A stretch of DNA of 30,749 bases from contig JAZNEN010000244.1 of NCBI GenBank assembly GCA_045588615.1, positions 1-30,749 of the forward strand, in the 5' to 3' direction. Position numbers and translations under genes: made by a program. Below the pieces are notes generated by a model. That model was not told where the DNA came from. It made no database searches and worked only from the letters and a program-made list of their open reading frames with translations. How positions within the stretch are numbered: position 1 is the stretch's first letter; every line of letters begins with the position of its first letter. Of this stretch, positions 28,397 to 30,749 are shown piece by piece. Source of the stretch: Eubacteriales bacterium (GTDB taxonomy: Bacteria > Bacillota > Clostridia > Oscillospirales > CAG-272).

Positions 28397-28425
28397 ATTA
28401 TATCATTTTTTTCTTATAATGTCAA
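28397..28425 (-). promoter_or_regulatory. Consensus sigma-A promoter of ywlG-lplA
   Basis: Minus strand TTGACA, 17 bp, TATAAT, with an extended -10 TG. Confidence 0.9.
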
Positions 28426-28453
28426 TAGAACATATTTTACAAATTATCACACT

Positions 28454-28482
28454 TGGACTAATTCACGATTTTATGATATAAT
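28454..28482 (+). promoter_or_regulatory. Putative sigma-A promoter of the ECF sigma gene
   Basis: TGGACT, 17 bp, TATAAT, with an extended -10 TG. Confidence 0.55.
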
Positions 28483-28560
28483 TTTACATATCTCACCTAA
28501 CATTTCTGTAAATGTACGGACTATATAAGTGAAAGCATTGATCAAAGCTTGAAGAAAGAA

Positions 28561-30186
28561 ATGAAAAAACAAGACTTGCTGAATTATTTTGATGACACCC
28601 TGCTCGATAAGCTGTTCGGGTTTTGCTATGCAAGAACAAATGACAGCCATGAAGCAGAGGAGCTTTGCTCCGACATTATTTTTGCCCTTGTAAAAGTTTC
28701 AAAAGGCAAGGGAGAAATAGAAAGCGTCTATCCGTTTATATGGAAAATTGCAAGAAACGTATATGCTGACTTTTCAGATAAGCGCAAAAAGCACACGGAA
28801 AAGGCATATGAGGGTGATTCGGAAGACATTCTGGTAAAATTGGCAGAGGAAGATACGTCCGACAATACCGCAGAGCTTTTACGTGCAGTGTACCGCAGGA
28901 TAGCGTTTTTAACACGGGCGTACCGTGAAGTGATGATAATGTTTTACATAGACGGTATTTCCACCGCTGAAATAGCAAAGCTTCAAAAAACAAGTGAGGG
29001 CGCTGTCCGTCAAAGACTTTTTTCGGCAAGAGAAAAGATTAAAAGTGAGGTAGAAGAAATGGCAGATACTTATAGTAGACCTGTAGCACTTGATAAAATT
29101 GATTTTGTAATTTGGGGAACAGGAAACCCTTCTTGGGGCGACCCGCGTAATGTATGTACAAGGATATTTTCAAAGCACATCGTATGGCTTTGTCATAAAA
29201 AGCCGATGAGTGCTTCTGAAATTGCAGAAGAGCTCAACGTGCCGACGTTATATGTGGAAGAAGAACTCGAAATACTGACAAAAGGCGCAAACGGTGAATA
29301 CGGATTTTTACGCCGTCTTGATAATGGCAAATATGCAATAAACTTTGTTTTACTTGATAAGGATGTGTTTGAAAAAGCAAATTTGATTTACACTGAGCAA
29401 TTGCCGAAAATTTGCGACATAATATCAAAGTACATTGAAGAACATAAAGCTGAATATCTTGCTTTTCCGTATCTTAACAAGAAAATAGACCTGAATCTTA
29501 TCCTCTGGCAGCAAATATCAAGTATAGCTGATTCATTTGCGTATTGTGTCAAGAAAAATTTAGAGGAACATCATTTTTCCAATACCACTCCCTCAAATCG
29601 CCCGTTCAGTGTCTTTGGATATGTTGATAACGGCAAATATTACGGCGGCGGTTGGGACGGCATAGGAGCACAGAATATTTGCGGTTTTTCCGATGTTCGT
29701 TTTGATAATATATACATTACACGCATACAAAAGCATTTCGATTGCGGTCATAATGTATCAACAGACTCGCTTCTTCAGTTTGCACTTCGTGCTATTGACG
29801 GACTTGATATTTTGTCGCTCACCGAGGAAGAAAAGGAGCGCGGTGCCAAAGCTGTCGAATGCGGATATCTGTACCGTGACGGTGATATGCTTTACACAAA
29901 AATTCTTGCGTGTGAACTTTCAAACCGTAGCAAACTATTTGATATCAGTAACTCTTTACAAAACGGGTATTTCGACGAAGATGCAAAGATGGTCGCAGAA
30001 AAGATAGCCGCACTTATAAAAAAAGCTCTCCCCGAGCATTTGCTCGGCGAATGGAAATTCGCCAATTCCTTGGCATCAATGCCTATTTTAGACGCGGTTG
30101 TTGAATGTCTTATCGAAAAAGGTGTACTGACTCCGCCCGAAAACGGAATCGGCGCTGAGGGTTGTTGGATGGCTGTTGAAAAGTAA
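28561..30186 (+). CDS. ECF-type sigma-70 factor with a long C-terminal extension
   Basis: Sigma2-like region (KLFGFCYART..HEAEELCSD, FIWKIARN); sigma4 HTH (YREVMIMFYIDGISTAEIAKLQKTSEGAVRQRLFSAREKI); about 370 extra aa. Start could be ATG 28561 or TTG 28549; RBS is weak. Confidence 0.85.
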   Translation: MKKQDLLNYFDDTLLDKLFGFCYARTNDSHEAEELCSDIIFALVKVSKGKGEIESVYPFIWKIARNVYADFSDKRKKHTEKAYEGDSEDILVKLAEEDTSDNTAELLRAVYRRIAFLTRAYREVMIMFYIDGISTAEIAKLQKTSEGAVRQRLFSAREKIKSEVEEMADTYSRPVALDKIDFVIWGTGNPSWGDPRNVCTRIFSKHIVWLCHKKPMSASEIAEELNVPTLYVEEELEILTKGANGEYGFLRRLDNGKYAINFVLLDKDVFEKANLIYTEQLPKICDIISKYIEEHKAEYLAFPYLNKKIDLNLILWQQISSIADSFAYCVKKNLEEHHFSNTTPSNRPFSVFGYVDNGKYYGGGWDGIGAQNICGFSDVRFDNIYITRIQKHFDCGHNVSTDSLLQFALRAIDGLDILSLTEEEKERGAKAVECGYLYRDGDMLYTKILACELSNRSKLFDISNSLQNGYFDEDAKMVAEKIAALIKKALPEHLLGEWKFANSLASMPILDAVVECLIEKGVLTPPENGIGAEGCWMAVEK

Positions 30187-30192
30187 TATAAT

Positions 30193-30225
30193 ACCGTCTG
30201 TAAACCAAACGGTTATACAGACGGT
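30193..30225 (+). terminator. Probable terminator after the ECF gene
   Basis: ACCGTCTGTA-AACC-AAAC-GGTT-a-TACAGACGGT followed by GTTT. Confidence 0.65.
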
Positions 30226-30321
30226 GTTTAAAACGAATTTATCACAAGTTTTTATAATTTATTGAGTCTACGCCATTTTATGCAGTCTTGTATTTTATAA
30301 ATAGATTTCCGTAGGAAATCT

Positions 30322-30394
30322 GCGCCATTTGCCTGCAGGCAGTTCGTTTGCATACGCAGTTGCAAACGAACTGTGGTGGGTGCAGGCATGGCGC
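30322..30394. repeat. Long nested imperfect palindrome (REP/REPIN-like or structured RNA)
   Basis: Arms GCGCCA / TGCCTGCA / CAGTTCGTTTGCA, an 8 nt loop, then TGCAAACGAACTG / TGCAGGCA / TGGCGC. Confidence 0.7.
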
Positions 30395-30513
30395 CTATAC
30401 TGTAAAGATTCAGATAAAACGAAGCAGTTTCAAACACAATTTCTTTTATTATGTCATTCGTGAATGCTCCTACGTTTTTTAAACACTTTGTTTATTCTGT
30501 AAAATTCGGTGTT

Positions 30514-30538
30514 GTAGGGTTGATTCACGAATCAACCG
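30514..30538 (+). repeat. GTAG-type REP element
   Basis: GTAG-GGTTGATTC-AC-GAATCAACC-G, a perfect 9 bp palindrome. Confidence 0.7.
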
Positions 30539-30583
30539 TTTTAACCCATTAGGCGATAACTATATTTTATTTCTATAAAACAC

Positions 30584-30609
30584 AAGGGACGGTCAACAAA
30601 CCGTCCCTT
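30584..30609 (-). terminator. Probable terminator of the partial minus-strand gene
   Basis: AAGGGACGGT-CAACAA-ACCGTCCCTT, 16 bp downstream of the stop. Confidence 0.7.
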
Positions 30610-30625
30610 ATTTGATTTAGTGATT

Positions 30626-30748
30626 TCAGCTTCTTATTGTTATGCCGAGCTCTTTGTCGAGGTTTGCAAGCATCTTGGAAATTGCCGCTTCTGTTTCCTC
30701 TGCTGTGAGCGTTCTGACGGGAAGTCGGAGGCCAAGCGATCTTAGGAA
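30626..30748 (-). CDS. pheT: 3' end of probable phenylalanine--tRNA ligase beta subunit (partial, runs off the window)
   Basis: Hand translation ...RTLTAEETEAAISKMLANLDKELGITIRS* matches the PheT anticodon-binding C-terminus. Only 40 codons are visible. Confidence 0.6.
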   Translation of the reverse strand, partial: FLRSLGLRLPVRTLTAEETEAAISKMLANLDKELGITIRS

Positions 30749-30749
30749 G

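Noticed and set aside
30252-30437. 61 aa minus-strand ORF
   Set aside because: Runs through the palindromic repeat, with no RBS or protein-like features.
30713-30749. The PheT-like frame upstream of RTLT (FLRSLGLRLPV) fits the usual SxAxxLxFRxxD pattern poorly
   Set aside because: Only about 11 codons at the window edge; divergence, an indel or an assembly-edge artefact cannot be distinguished.
1-30749. CRISPR array, tRNA/rRNA, transposase, integrase, prophage or defence genes
   Set aside because: No regularly spaced repeats, RNA-gene signatures or matching ORFs were seen.

Overview
A 30.7 kb chromosomal window from a low-GC, probably spore-forming Firmicute (Clostridia-like, inferred from pdaA, a SpoIIM-like gene, glgCD and strong sigma-A promoters). 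It is mostly housekeeping. In order: GT14 glycosyltransferase; large XRE-HTH protein; proC / SpoIIM-like / DUF624-like cluster; two overlapping polysaccharide deacetylases (pdaA plus a NodB-type gene); a three-domain GrpB / pyrophosphatase-like / Nudix fusion; htrA; hom; alkD-family gene; glycogen operon glgB-glgC-glgD-glgA-glgP-GH13 running into an aconitase-family hydratase; gap; PQ-loop-like membrane protein divergent from a LysR; ywlG-lplA; an ECF sigma factor with a ~370 aa C-terminal extension; the 3' end of probable pheT. No rRNA, tRNA, CRISPR array, transposase or integrase was seen. Strongest leads: (1) the triple fusion, with an intact Nudix box but apparently degenerate catalytic residues in the other two domains; (2) the extended ECF sigma with an internal winged helix and no adjacent anti-sigma gene; (3) the translationally coupled ywlG-lplA pair beside a LysR / PQ-loop unit with overlapping promoters; (4) GTAG-type REP elements and a long nested palindrome. 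All family calls are from motif recognition by eye; no database searches were run.
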